From assembly GCA_050951325.1 (NCBI GenBank), contig JBMNIW010000012.1:416001-480000 (forward strand): DNA of 64,000 bases, written 5' to 3'. This stretch comes from Clostridia bacterium. GTDB lineage: Bacteria > Bacillota > Clostridia > UBA1212 > DUPL01. Each line of letters starts with the position of its first letter. Positions within the stretch are counted from its first letter, which is position 1. Under the pieces are notes generated by a model, which had not been told where the DNA came from, did not search any database, and saw nothing but the letters and a program-made list of their open reading frames with translations. Below are positions 41,071-50,719 of this stretch, in pieces. The position numbers and the translations under genes were made by a program.

Positions 41071-41800
41071 TTAACTTACAAGATGCTCACCTTTATACTG
41101 GCCGTTCTTTTGTCCAAACATTTTAAATCCTGCTGTAATTGAATTGTTATTGATAAAGACAATTTCTATTTTATTTTTGCGAACTGCATTTATAGTCTTA
41201 TAAAACATTGCATGCGAGTTATATGCAGTGTTAAAGTATATTTTGTCGGCATTTTCTAATATTTTTGTATCATAGTTTAACTGTTCTACTTCTATGAATT
41301 TAAAGTGAGGCACAATTTTACGCATATGCTGTTGCCATTGCGGAGTTCCGCCAATAATTACTCCTCTCGTTCCAGTTAATGCGTCATTAGTTATCTGCTC
41401 TTCATTAACGTATCGGCTTTCATCAATTAAATTTTCTATAGTCATTTTAAGTAATTGAATTTCTTCTTTATTTTCCTCTAACAATTGGTCTTTTTCTTTA
41501 ATAATCTCATTGTATTTTTTCCTAATATCGATGATTTCTCTTTCTTTTTCTCTTACTGTATCCAAACTTATAATTTTAAGTTTTTCTCTTAATTGGTTGT
41601 TTTCTCTTTCTAATTTTTCAACCTGCTCTTTAAGACAATATATTTGCGTTGCAAATTTTTCAAGTTCAATGTCCTTTTCTATGCTATTTTTACTTCTAAT
41701 TAATATGCTATCCGTTATTATTGTTATTGCTTACTGTTCTTTTGTATAGTTTTTTATTAAGAGATATTCTAAATAGTGTTGAATCCTTCTTATTATCAAA
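41071..41800 (-). pseudogene. Coiled-coil plus DUF2325-like protein, probably 5'-damaged
   Basis: VIIGG..W...AD.IYFNTAYNSHAMFYK; the frame stays open upstream of 41565 to an in-frame TAA with no good start. Confidence 0.5.
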
Positions 41801-42459
41801 TTACTAAAATCCTAAATAAAAAAGTGCAGGTTCTCTCCCCGCACCTTACCCCTTATTCCTTATCCCTTATATACCTAATTCCTTTTTATCCCCTGCTATT
41901 CATCTATTAAGTACCTTGTAATAAGTTCATCCAGTTTCTGGCTTAGTCTCAACGTCTCTTCATTGTTTATTCCTTTGCCCTCGAGGGTAACTTTTTTATT
42001 CAACTCATCTCTTAATTTCTCTATTTCCCGAAGCAAATGCTTCAATTTTGTGTTTGGTAAGTATAAATCCGTGCAGCGCGGAAGTTAAAAACCCTGCAGT
42101 GCGGAAGTTAAAATCCATGCACCTCGCTATTTAAACTATTTATTTTTTCTAATGACTATATTCTCTTGAACATTATTAGCCACATAAGCAATTTGTACAG
42201 CATCTAAAGTGAAAGGGCACAGCTTTTACACACATGATCCAGAAATCGGTTTTAAACACCATCCTGGATGTCTATGGTGTCTTTTGCAGAAGCCAGGCTT
42301 TAACTTCCAAACAGTACAGCTTGAGCTCTTAGGAACATTATTAGTTTAATTGAGAACAATGAAATGCACAACAACATGCACATTTTGCTTGTTCTATTTC
42401 CGAATTGCATTTTACCACCTCCAGCCATTCTCTCTTATGTACAACTTATTTAATAAACT

Positions 42460-43188
42460 TTAAGCCCTCATTGTTGAATGAGCAAGTCTAAAGCTTGGTC
42501 CATTATGCAATATTAAATAACCATGATGTACCATTCTGTCCAGAATTGCATTAGTTAGCTTTTCATCATAAAAGATAGTGTTCCATTCGTTAAAAGGTAG
42601 GTTTGTAGTAATTACTACACTACGTTGCTCATAGCATTCCGAAATTACCTCAAACAGTAACTGAGTACCAGTCTTTTCAAACGGGATATAGCCCCACTCA
42701 TCCAATATGACAAGTTTTGCATTTAAAAGCTTCTTCCAGATGCTCTCTAGATTCTTTGAGGCCATTGCCTCAACTAAATCGTTAACCAATCTACTAGTCT
42801 TGTAATAAGCAACTCTATTTCCTTTCCTGCAGGCTTCAACACCTATAGCGGTTGCTAAGTGAGTCTTTCCGGTTCCAGGCTTTCCAAAAAGTATTAAGTT
42901 CTGTTTATTTTCGATAAATGTACATTCTTTTAAATCGTCTACTGATAGCTCTTCAGGCAGTTGTACATAATCAAAGGAATAGTTGGCAAAGCTTTTAATT
43001 ACATCAAAACCAGCCTGTTTTAAATATCGGTTTTTACGTTCTATGTCTCTTTCTTCAACAACAACCCTCAGTAAACTTATTAAGAAATCTTCGTTAGTCT
43101 CAGCTTCTATTGTTTTGTATGCTTCGGCCATGTATGTTCCTAGTCTTAATTGCTTACAGAGCTCAAGTATTATTCTTTGCTTGCTCAT
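42460..43188 (-). CDS. istB: IS21 helper ATPase
   Basis: GKPGTGKTHLA, ILDEWGY, TTNLPF.EW, AILDRMVHH. Confidence 0.95.
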   Translation of the reverse strand: MSKQRIILELCKQLRLGTYMAEAYKTIEAETNEDFLISLLRVVVEERDIERKNRYLKQAGFDVIKSFANYSFDYVQLPEELSVDDLKECTFIENKQNLILFGKPGTGKTHLATAIGVEACRKGNRVAYYKTSRLVNDLVEAMASKNLESIWKKLLNAKLVILDEWGYIPFEKTGTQLLFEVISECYEQRSVVITTNLPFNEWNTIFYDEKLTNAILDRMVHHGYLILHNGPSFRLAHSTMRA

Positions 43189-44701
43189 TATCCACACCCC
43201 TTTCTCGAACTAAAGACATATACGCTTGTAAATCTACTTTATACTCTGCATGTTTGGGAAACTTTACGTTTGTCTCGATATTAGCTTCAGGAAGCACAGG
43301 ATCGATTATGTACCTATATGCAGCTTGTATGCTTTCTGAGCTGTTTGCGCCTAAAGTTATTGCCTTATTGAAGAACTCCATTGCTTTTTCATAGCCTTCT
43401 ATCTCAGCTCGTTCTGCAAAGAACTTTAATGCTTTCTGTGCATCTGGTAGATCTGCTTGCTTAAAAAATTCTCTTGTTTCTTCTGGCAACTCCTCATAAA
43501 ACATTGTATACTTTAACGCCTTCGGTCTTTTTGCTATCAAAGGGAGATAGGTCTCCCACTTAATGGATTCTTGGTTTTTGCCATATAACCTTGGATGTTC
43601 AACAATTAACTCAGAATTAGCATTTAATATTCTGACAGACATAGCAGATACCTGTAGTATTACCTCACTCTGCCCGTAGTAACTGCTCGTGGAGTACAAA
43701 TTGGTTTCAAATTTTGCACGTCCGTATTTGTCAGTTTTAGCAAAAACAAATTTGCAAGCATCAAAGTCAATAGCTGGCAGTTCGTTCATTGCTGCTAAAT
43801 CCTCTTTGAAAAGGTCACATACTTGTCTTTCGTACTTGTAGTGTTCTCTTATCATATCACTTGAACATTTCTCTAAAAGAATCTTATTGTACTCGGATAA
43901 ATCCTCTATACGTGGCACAGGTACAAACATATTTCTTCGGCTTGTTCCAACATAATTCTCGGCAGATCCTTTTTCATGACCAGAGTTTGGGTTGCAAAAA
44001 TTGCTTTTAAAGCCATAATGGCACATTAGTCTCTTGAAGCCATCAGTGACTTCTCTTTCTCCGTACGATTTAATTCTTTTTACTGCTGTACTCATGTTAT
44101 CAAAACGAATTATTGTAGGCACCTTGCCTAGATACTCAAAGACATTTTTGAGTCCCTGCATCAAGCACTCTAAATTTTCACCTTTAAACAGCTGGACAAA
44201 CTTGCCATCTGAATGAGGAAATGTTACTACTAAATGATGTCCTTCATAAAGTATTCCCTTTTCGTAAAATTCAGTTTTCCCAAAGTCGACTTGTGCCTCA
44301 CCTGCAGGATGCTCAAGGGGTAAATGAGTATTTTTTATTTCTTTTATTTCTTGCCTAATATCAGCAACGAGAGTACGTATAGCGCGTTCAGATACATTAA
44401 ACTCTTCACCTTCTTTTAAAGCTTCTTCCTTTAATCTGGTGTAAACCCGATGTGCTGTATGACGTTGCTTTGGAGGGGCAGATAGATCATCCGTAAGCCA
44501 TTGTTTCACTCTTTCTCGATATTTAGATGTCTTGCCGCTACGCTTAACCTTTACAGGAACCTTGGGACTAAAGTCCTCCATTTCTACGTATTTCTTTACA
44601 GTCTCAAAATCGTGTTTTGTCTCCCTTGCAATCTGCCTCAAACTCTTTCCTTCATTTTTATACATATTTCTGATATTATATATTTGCTCCATTGTTAACA
44701 T
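43163..44701 (-). CDS. istA: IS21 transposase
   Basis: N-terminal HTH, PPKQRHTA, GEAQVDFG, FDNM, GHEKG.AE. Confidence 0.95.
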   Translation of the reverse strand: MLTMEQIYNIRNMYKNEGKSLRQIARETKHDFETVKKYVEMEDFSPKVPVKVKRSGKTSKYRERVKQWLTDDLSAPPKQRHTAHRVYTRLKEEALKEGEEFNVSERAIRTLVADIRQEIKEIKNTHLPLEHPAGEAQVDFGKTEFYEKGILYEGHHLVVTFPHSDGKFVQLFKGENLECLMQGLKNVFEYLGKVPTIIRFDNMSTAVKRIKSYGEREVTDGFKRLMCHYGFKSNFCNPNSGHEKGSAENYVGTSRRNMFVPVPRIEDLSEYNKILLEKCSSDMIREHYKYERQVCDLFKEDLAAMNELPAIDFDACKFVFAKTDKYGRAKFETNLYSTSSYYGQSEVILQVSAMSVRILNANSELIVEHPRLYGKNQESIKWETYLPLIAKRPKALKYTMFYEELPEETREFFKQADLPDAQKALKFFAERAEIEGYEKAMEFFNKAITLGANSSESIQAAYRYIIDPVLPEANIETNVKFPKHAEYKVDLQAYMSLVRERGVDNEQAKNNT

Positions 44702-45019
44702 CTCCTTTATCTCTTTTCAGTTTAGTCACTAAAAGGATATATTATCTCGAGGTGCGAAGCAATGGAGTTTTACTTTTCCAAACTGCTCGGATTCTTAACT
44801 TCCGGAGTGCTGGGATTCTAGTCTACCATAAACAGTAAACTTATTTTTTTATCATTCAACATAGAATCTCTCCAAATTTATTTGTTTATGTTATGGCAAA
44901 ATTATTAATAACCCTTAATTAATATTATCACACTGAGTCGTATTATATAAAGAATGCGACTTACGCATTCTATTATAGAGTTTTTGAAATTATCTCTAAT
45001 TAACATAGATTTCATTGTT

Positions 45020-45460
45020 TCAATTTAAGTTTTTGAAAAAACTATATCCTTTAATATAGTAACCATTTTTCTTATAAAACTCATGTGCTTCTTTACGGTC
45101 AATTCCGCTATTCAATGTAATTGCAGTTGCACCTTCATCTATTGCCCATTTTTCTGCTGATTCTAATAATTTTGTTCCAATCCCTTTACCTCTATATTGT
45201 TCGTTAACTACCAAAGCAATAATTCTTACATATTCTCCATCAAACTCATATGCATATAATTTACATAAACCAATAAAACCAACAACTTTTCTATCCACTT
45301 CTGCAACAAGTGTATTATAGCATTTACTTGAATTAATTCTCGATAATCTTTCTGATACATTCTTTATAGACGATGGATAGCCTAATTCTTTAATTAACTC
45401 TGTCAGTTTCCCAAAATCATCATCAATTATTTTTCTAATATGAACTTCTATTTGACTCAT
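45020..45460 (-). CDS. GNAT acetyltransferase
   Basis: LVVNEQYRGKGIGTKLL, AHEFYKKNGY; SD GGAGG before ATG 45460. Confidence 0.9.
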   Translation of the reverse strand: MSQIEVHIRKIIDDDFGKLTELIKELGYPSSIKNVSERLSRINSSKCYNTLVAEVDRKVVGFIGLCKLYAYEFDGEYVRIIALVVNEQYRGKGIGTKLLESAEKWAIDEGATAITLNSGIDRKEAHEFYKKNGYYIKGYSFFKNLN

Positions 45461-45699
45461 TTTACTAACCTCCAGTAAAAACCTCTTGTTGCACTTTATT
45501 TTACTAATGCGTACCATATACCTTTATTTTACACCACTTCATCTATAAAAACATCTATATTTTATAACCCATATCCAAAAATCCCCAACGCCAATAGATA
45601 AACTTTAAATATCGATTATACTTAAATGTGAATGAATAACTTTATTTCATTTTATTAGAACTATATCGGTTATAATTTTTTTTCAAAATTATTATGCTC

Positions 45700-46215
45700 C
45701 CATTTTGGAAACAGAAAATGCAACGTATGTTCTATAGGAAATGCAAAAAAATTCCTTACATGGACTCCCTGCAATTACCAATCATCTTATACCCTAAACC
45801 CATATGAAATCTCGTATTTCCAATGCTTCCCTTGTTCCTTTCACCTTTCAATATCACAACTTTATTTTATTATAAAAGAACTTTAACATCCTTAAAAATG
45901 TCTTTCCTTTTTTTAAAATTTCTTCTTCATCATTTCTGAAACAGAAAAATATACCAAGTTCTTATAAAAATAAAATAAAGTCCTAATTCCTTTTCCCTTT
46001 TATCCCCATTCCCCTTGTATTTTATATACTTTATCCCCATTCTTGTATCAAGAAATGTGGTTAAAACCTTAATCTAAGGACTTTATTTTCTTTTTGTAAC
46101 TACTTTTCTGTCATGAAAGAACTTTTCTGTTTCTAAAATTTTTACCCATATGAATTTTAGAAACAGAAAAAAATCGCTATGTTATATAGCAAAAGCAAAT
46201 AAAGTCCTATTACAA
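45700..46215. repeat. Degenerate bipartite repeats and an 18-bp inverted repeat upstream of the LSR
   Basis: GAAACAGAAAA...AAATAAAGTCCT units at ~45708, 45938, 46160 and inverted at 46077-46133. Confidence 0.65.
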
Positions 46216-46498
46216 ATTTCCTTTAATCCCCATTTATCTTGTGTCTTGGAACTCTATTAACTCCAGTATTTTCAACACTTTCCCTTATTCCTTATTCCTG
46301 TAAATAAAACTACTTTATTTCATTTTCTTTTCCATTCAATCTTCCAATCCATTGATTTATCTTAATTTCGGCCTTGCTCCTTATTCCTTATCCCTTAAAA
46401 CTAATACATAAAAAACATGGCCTACAGGACATTCTTTTGCCCTAATAAACCATGTTTTCTGATACAACTTTATTTACTCCGTTTCATACATTTGAAAA

Positions 46499-47971
46499 AT
46501 GAAAGGAGTTTATTTGATTTATACAGTAGAGTATGCAGAAAGCAACGGGTGGCGATATGATATTTATGAAGAAAAGGTAATGTCAGGGGAAAATTTGGAA
46601 GGTAGACCTGTTATACAAGAATTATTGACTGAAATTGAGAAACATAAATATGACGCTGTCCTCGTAATTCATCCAGATAGACTCAGTCGCGGAGGTAGTA
46701 GGGATTTTGGATTGATTACAAGCGTTTTTAAATATGCCAATACATACCTTTTAACTCCACAAAGAAGTTATGATTTATCGGATTCCAGTGATGCTTTAGT
46801 ACTTGGAATTGAAGGTGTCATGTCAAACACAGAACTAAATCTAATCAAAAGCCGTTTCAAATGGGGAAAAATTCAGAGTGTAAAAAAAGGGCGACTTAGC
46901 AATGGAAACCCGCCCTATCCGTACGAAAAAATTCGAAAAATTATTGAGGATGAGAAAGGTAGAGTGAGAGTAGATTTTGACATCATAGTAAATCCGGAAA
47001 AAAACCAAGTATACCAAAGAATAAAACAGATGTATCTCAGGGGAATGGGAACTGAAAGAATTGCTTTTAAACTAAATCGTGAAAATATACCTAGCCCTGG
47101 TGGAAAAACATGGAGTTCTAACACCATCCAAAGACTTCTAGTGCATGAATTCCATATGGGAAAAATAGTATATGGTAAGTATGAATGGAAGAAAAAACCT
47201 CTTTCTGGAGATAGAGAGGTAATAAAAAGAGATGAAGATGAATGGATAATCGGATATGGAAATCATGAAAAACTAAAAACCGAAGAAGAGCACACAGCAA
47301 TCTTGGAAATAATGGGTAGAAATAGAAAAATCCCTCACCGTGCGAGACATGGAGTATATCCAACAAGCGGTTTATTAACATGCAAACTTTGTGGAAGAAC
47401 AATGACTTATAGTCGTGGCAGGAAGGAAGTAAAAACAGGAAAAACGTATGATTATACAAAGTGTTATTATCACAGACCAACTGGAGAAAAATGTCCACAG
47501 CGAGGAGTAAAGATGACAGAAGAGTTTTATGAAAAATTGTATAATACTATAGTTAATAGTTATCTAGACAAAGAAAGAATCAAACAAATTAGTCAAAACC
47601 AAGAAGAGAAGAAAAATATAGAGAAACAAATAAAGACGAAACAAGCCGAATTAGAAAAACATGAAAATGCCCTTAAACTTGCAAGAGAAAAATTAGAAGA
47701 AGGCGTATATAGCGATGAAGACTTTTTGGATGCAAAAAAAAGAAGGCAACCTCAAATTACAAAACTGCGTAAAGAAATTATTCAATTTAAGAACAAACGC
47801 TTCACTGCTTACTCTGATGAAGAATTAGAAAAACTTATAGAGAATTTTAAATGTAACTGGCATAACGCAGTCACAGATAAAGAAAAAAATCAATTACTTA
47901 AGACAATAGTTAAGAAAATTTACTACAATCGTGAAGGTAATACTGTGACTTTTGAAATTGAGTATCTGTAA
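46499..47971 (+). CDS. Large serine recombinase lacking the N-terminal catalytic Y-x-R-x-S motif
   Basis: SG...RP, DRLSRG, PPYPY, recombinase domain, Zn ribbon CKLCG...C..C, coiled coil; ends 71 bp before the att crossover. Confidence 0.9.
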   Translation: MKGVYLIYTVEYAESNGWRYDIYEEKVMSGENLEGRPVIQELLTEIEKHKYDAVLVIHPDRLSRGGSRDFGLITSVFKYANTYLLTPQRSYDLSDSSDALVLGIEGVMSNTELNLIKSRFKWGKIQSVKKGRLSNGNPPYPYEKIRKIIEDEKGRVRVDFDIIVNPEKNQVYQRIKQMYLRGMGTERIAFKLNRENIPSPGGKTWSSNTIQRLLVHEFHMGKIVYGKYEWKKKPLSGDREVIKRDEDEWIIGYGNHEKLKTEEEHTAILEIMGRNRKIPHRARHGVYPTSGLLTCKLCGRTMTYSRGRKEVKTGKTYDYTKCYYHRPTGEKCPQRGVKMTEEFYEKLYNTIVNSYLDKERIKQISQNQEEKKNIEKQIKTKQAELEKHENALKLAREKLEEGVYSDEDFLDAKKRRQPQITKLRKEIIQFKNKRFTAYSDEELEKLIENFKCNWHNAVTDKEKNQLLKTIVKKIYYNREGNTVTFEIEYL

Positions 47972-48016
47972 AAACGTCTATACCCCTTAAAAATGGCCGT
48001 TTTAAATACTCATTAA

Positions 48017-48062
48017 TTGCTGTTATTTGCAGACTTGACACCAGTGACAGGTGCTATAACCA
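48017..48062. other. Right attachment junction (attP arm plus yyaL 5' arm); crossover at 48042-48043
   Basis: TTGCTGTTATTTGCAGACTTGACAC-CA-GTGACAGGTGCTATAAC. Confidence 0.85.
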
Positions 48063-48211
48063 ATTGACAGAAATACTGGTTTGTTTTCCAGTTTTGCCTT
48101 TTCAAAGGCTTTATCGCACCAGGGATACCAGTCGATGGGATTATATGCATGCTGCAGTAAGTAGGGAGATTTCTCGTGGATAAGTCTATTGGCTTGCTTG
48201 TTAGTTGACAT
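48023..48211 (-). pseudogene. yyaL 5' fragment copy 2
   Basis: [25 protein letters not shown]...SIGYSTCHW, then att-derived CQVCK*. Confidence 0.9.
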
Positions 48212-48957
48212 CGGAACCACCTCCTATTGTTTATGATAATTGCACTATACGCTGTTTATGACATTATTTGGTATGAGCTGGATTCGTATATATTATACAA
48301 TACGCTATAAATTTTGGCATAATGTCTTATGCAAGAGGAACTGCTGTGTTGTTGAGTTAGCATGCTTCTTATTGATTCTGTTGAATTAAACACTTGAATC
48401 CTCTCCTTCATTATTATACAGTAAAACTCCCTTGTTTATACCCTGCTGCACTATTTCGAATACACTTTCTTCTTTACAAGCACATATGTTCAATATATTT
48501 CGCACCACGTCTTCTTTTTTTTCCTCGGCTTCTCGCAAGAAACTTTGCAATAACTTGGGCGTCGAGTGCCTTGTTGATGGTGCCACGATTACCTTTATCT
48601 ATTCAAATTTTATGTAAGAGGACTTTTGTTGACATCTTAATCATAGACTGAACTATAGTTAAGCTTGTAGTGGGGAGAGGTTCCGGTCCGTTAGTGAACA
48701 AAGTTCTAATTTTACTCCAAATTGATTAATTGTAATAAATAGCAATTAATCAATTTGGTATTGTTACAAGGACGAGGACGACTCACCTCTTGGTGGGGTT
48801 TTCTTCTACCATCTTTTGTGTTAATCTATAAACGTTCCTCTTTAACCTTGATGTTTCTCCAGAGTTCGCCTTGTTCCTTTAAATATTGCAGTTCATTAAA
48901 AATTGGAGTTATTTCATGAAATAACTTTCTGAACAAGGAATTCCAAACCACAACTCG

Positions 48958-49165
48958 GAGCGGGGCCGGGTATGCCATAATCAACATCATCAACTTGTAC
49001 CTGGTGGGCAAAATGGAAAGCAGCGTGTTTTTCCCGGCATACAACGGACTGGTCATACTCGCCACAACAGTCGCAGGATCAATGTTTTTTAAGGAGAAAC
49101 TAACAACCCGCCAGTACGTAAGCATAGTTGTTGGCATACTTGGGGTTGTTCTGGTAAACATATGA
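48958..49165 (+). pseudogene. 3' fragment of an EamA/DMT transporter
   Basis: ...SSVFFPAYNGLVILATTVAGSMFFKEKLT.RQYVSIVVGILGVVLVNI*; no start. Confidence 0.65.
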
Positions 49166-49201
49166 AAAAGGGCCGTTGACATTAGCAACAGCCCAGCAAC
49201 T

Positions 49202-50029
49202 TTATTTCTTCATGCTTTCCATGTACTTATCGTAGCATTGCTGCCATTTCTCAAACTCCTGTTTAAAGTAATCATTCATGAAAACATAATTGGATTCACC
49301 TGTTTCATTATCTTCCGTGTAGCACAATCCAACGCCATTATCAAACTTGAAGGTAACAGTACGTTTGTCGGTAACATATTGGATGTACGGGTTTGCGCTG
49401 GAAGGCGAGTAAACATCAGGATATCCAATCAAACCAAACAACTCATCCTGGGACAACCCGGCCAGCTTGCTCAATTCCTCGTCGGAGCTGAGTATGGTAT
49501 ACCTTAATTCGTCTTTTTCCTGGATGAGCTTCCTTACATCTTCAATATTTAAAGCATTACGGATTTCCATAATGTAAAACCCTTCACTATCCGTGCCCAG
49601 ACGAGCCAGTTTGCCAAGCTTGCCGTCATTGAAGACAAGCAAACTTGCGCCCTTGGAATATATCCACACATTGTCAAGTTCGTATTCCGGATCACCAAGA
49701 AGCTTGTGCACATCTTCCTTTGACAAGCCATCATGCAAAACCGGTTCACTCTTGAAATCAACACAAGTATCCAAATCCATGCTTGACAGCACATGATTTA
49801 GGACTGTCAAATCACATTCTTCGCCGGCATGGAGTTCAACATCCAACTCTTCTAACAGCGTGTTCAGTTGTTCCACAGAAACAGTATCATCGTACTTCCC
49901 GGCAGTGTCTTCCATTTCCATATCTTGACCGGACTGCCCGGCCGAAAACGGAAGGTTACTGTAAGATACTGCCAAGACCAATACAACAACGAATGATACA
50001 GCAACCAACAGAAGATACCCTTTTTTCAT
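49202..50029 (-). CDS. Exported hypothetical protein with SmpA/OmlA-like repeats
   Basis: N-terminal signal/TM; GLSKEDVHKLLGDP and GLSQDELFGLIGYP. Confidence 0.6.
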   Translation of the reverse strand: MKKGYLLLVAVSFVVVLVLAVSYSNLPFSAGQSGQDMEMEDTAGKYDDTVSVEQLNTLLEELDVELHAGEECDLTVLNHVLSSMDLDTCVDFKSEPVLHDGLSKEDVHKLLGDPEYELDNVWIYSKGASLLVFNDGKLGKLARLGTDSEGFYIMEIRNALNIEDVRKLIQEKDELRYTILSSDEELSKLAGLSQDELFGLIGYPDVYSPSSANPYIQYVTDKRTVTFKFDNGVGLCYTEDNETGESNYVFMNDYFKQEFEKWQQCYDKYMESMKK

Positions 50030-50047
50030 ATATCATTCTCCTTTCTA

Positions 50048-50521
50048 TTAAGATTTTACTATTGATAATGTATAGTCTCCATTATTGCCACTACTGACAC
50101 CTAGTATTTTGAGTTTATATAACTTTCCAGGACTTAAAGCTACTTGCATGTAAACGCCACTACTAGACTGCATAAAAGTCTTTCCTTCATATAACACACC
50201 ATATAAACCATTATTACCATATGTCCGTATAACATAGACGCCAGCTTCATTTACCATAAACTCGTACCAATCAATGTCCCCTTGCCAACAATACCTATCT
50301 GAATCCGGTTCACTTGCACCAGTATTAGGTAGAACTATGTTCCAATATTCAATACTACCCGAGACAATAGCAGGTGAGGAAGATGAAATCAACGACAAAG
50401 AATTGCTCATTGACGCAATGTCACCAGCATTATCCCATTTATACATATCATTTGATGATCTTTTTCCATCATGAATTACTGCATCAATTCGTATCTTATA
50501 GTAAGACAAACTGATTAACAT
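50048..50521 (-). CDS. Hypothetical protein with a PPC-like beta-sandwich, possibly 5'-frameshifted
   Basis: GDIDWYEF....GVYVIRT..., LSPGKLY.LKI, GDYTLSI. Confidence 0.5.
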   Translation of the reverse strand: MLISLSYYKIRIDAVIHDGKRSSNDMYKWDNAGDIASMSNSLSLISSSSPAIVSGSIEYWNIVLPNTGASEPDSDRYCWQGDIDWYEFMVNEAGVYVIRTYGNNGLYGVLYEGKTFMQSSSGVYMQVALSPGKLYKLKILGVSSGNNGDYTLSIVKS

Positions 50522-50719
50522 GTTTTTTCATATTAAACTTCACCTCACTTACCATAATAGCTAATTCCATTAAATTGTAAACATATGTTATTTGAACTTT
50601 TTGTTAATATTTTTAAATGTATACAACCTATCTATTGCCCGGCATGTACATAAAACAGAACCGGCAGGTGATTTCCCACCTGCCTGCTTCATTCCATCGT
50701 ACATTCCGCGACTCTCCCA

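Larger units (their letters stand above)
42049..44834 (-). mobile_element. IS21-family insertion sequence
   Basis: istA/istB pair; TG...CA ends with imperfect IRs containing CGGAAGTTAA (twice at the left end). Left end uncertain by 2 bp; no clear target duplication. Confidence 0.9.
41896..44862 (-). pseudogene. Spo0E-like aspartyl-phosphate phosphatase interrupted by IS21
   Basis: 5' part 44835-44862 (SD GGAGAG, MLNDKKISL); 3' part 41896-42050 (KLKHLLREIEKLRDELNKK...ETLRLSQKLDELITRY) with the SQxLD signature. Confidence 0.75.
21972..48043. mobile_element. ~26-kb serine-integrase element inserted in the yyaL CxxC codons
   Basis: Bounded by att junctions, visibly more AT-rich than flanks, carries LSR, primase, resolvase, RM/defence genes and IS21. 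Confidence 0.88.

Noticed and set aside
42040-44845. Target-site duplication of the IS21
   Set aside because: Flanks TTCAATTT(TG) and GTAAACTT do not match; no TSD can be supported.
45700-46400. CRISPR array
   Set aside because: Repeats are degenerate, irregularly spaced and in mixed orientation; no cas genes.
48386-48651. Possible IS110 relic (DAQVIAKFL-like peptide; also IGLEAT near 54150)
   Set aside because: Motifs too short and frames too broken to support by eye.
48826-49188. 120-aa minus-strand ORF
   Set aside because: Antisense shadow of the EamA 3' fragment.
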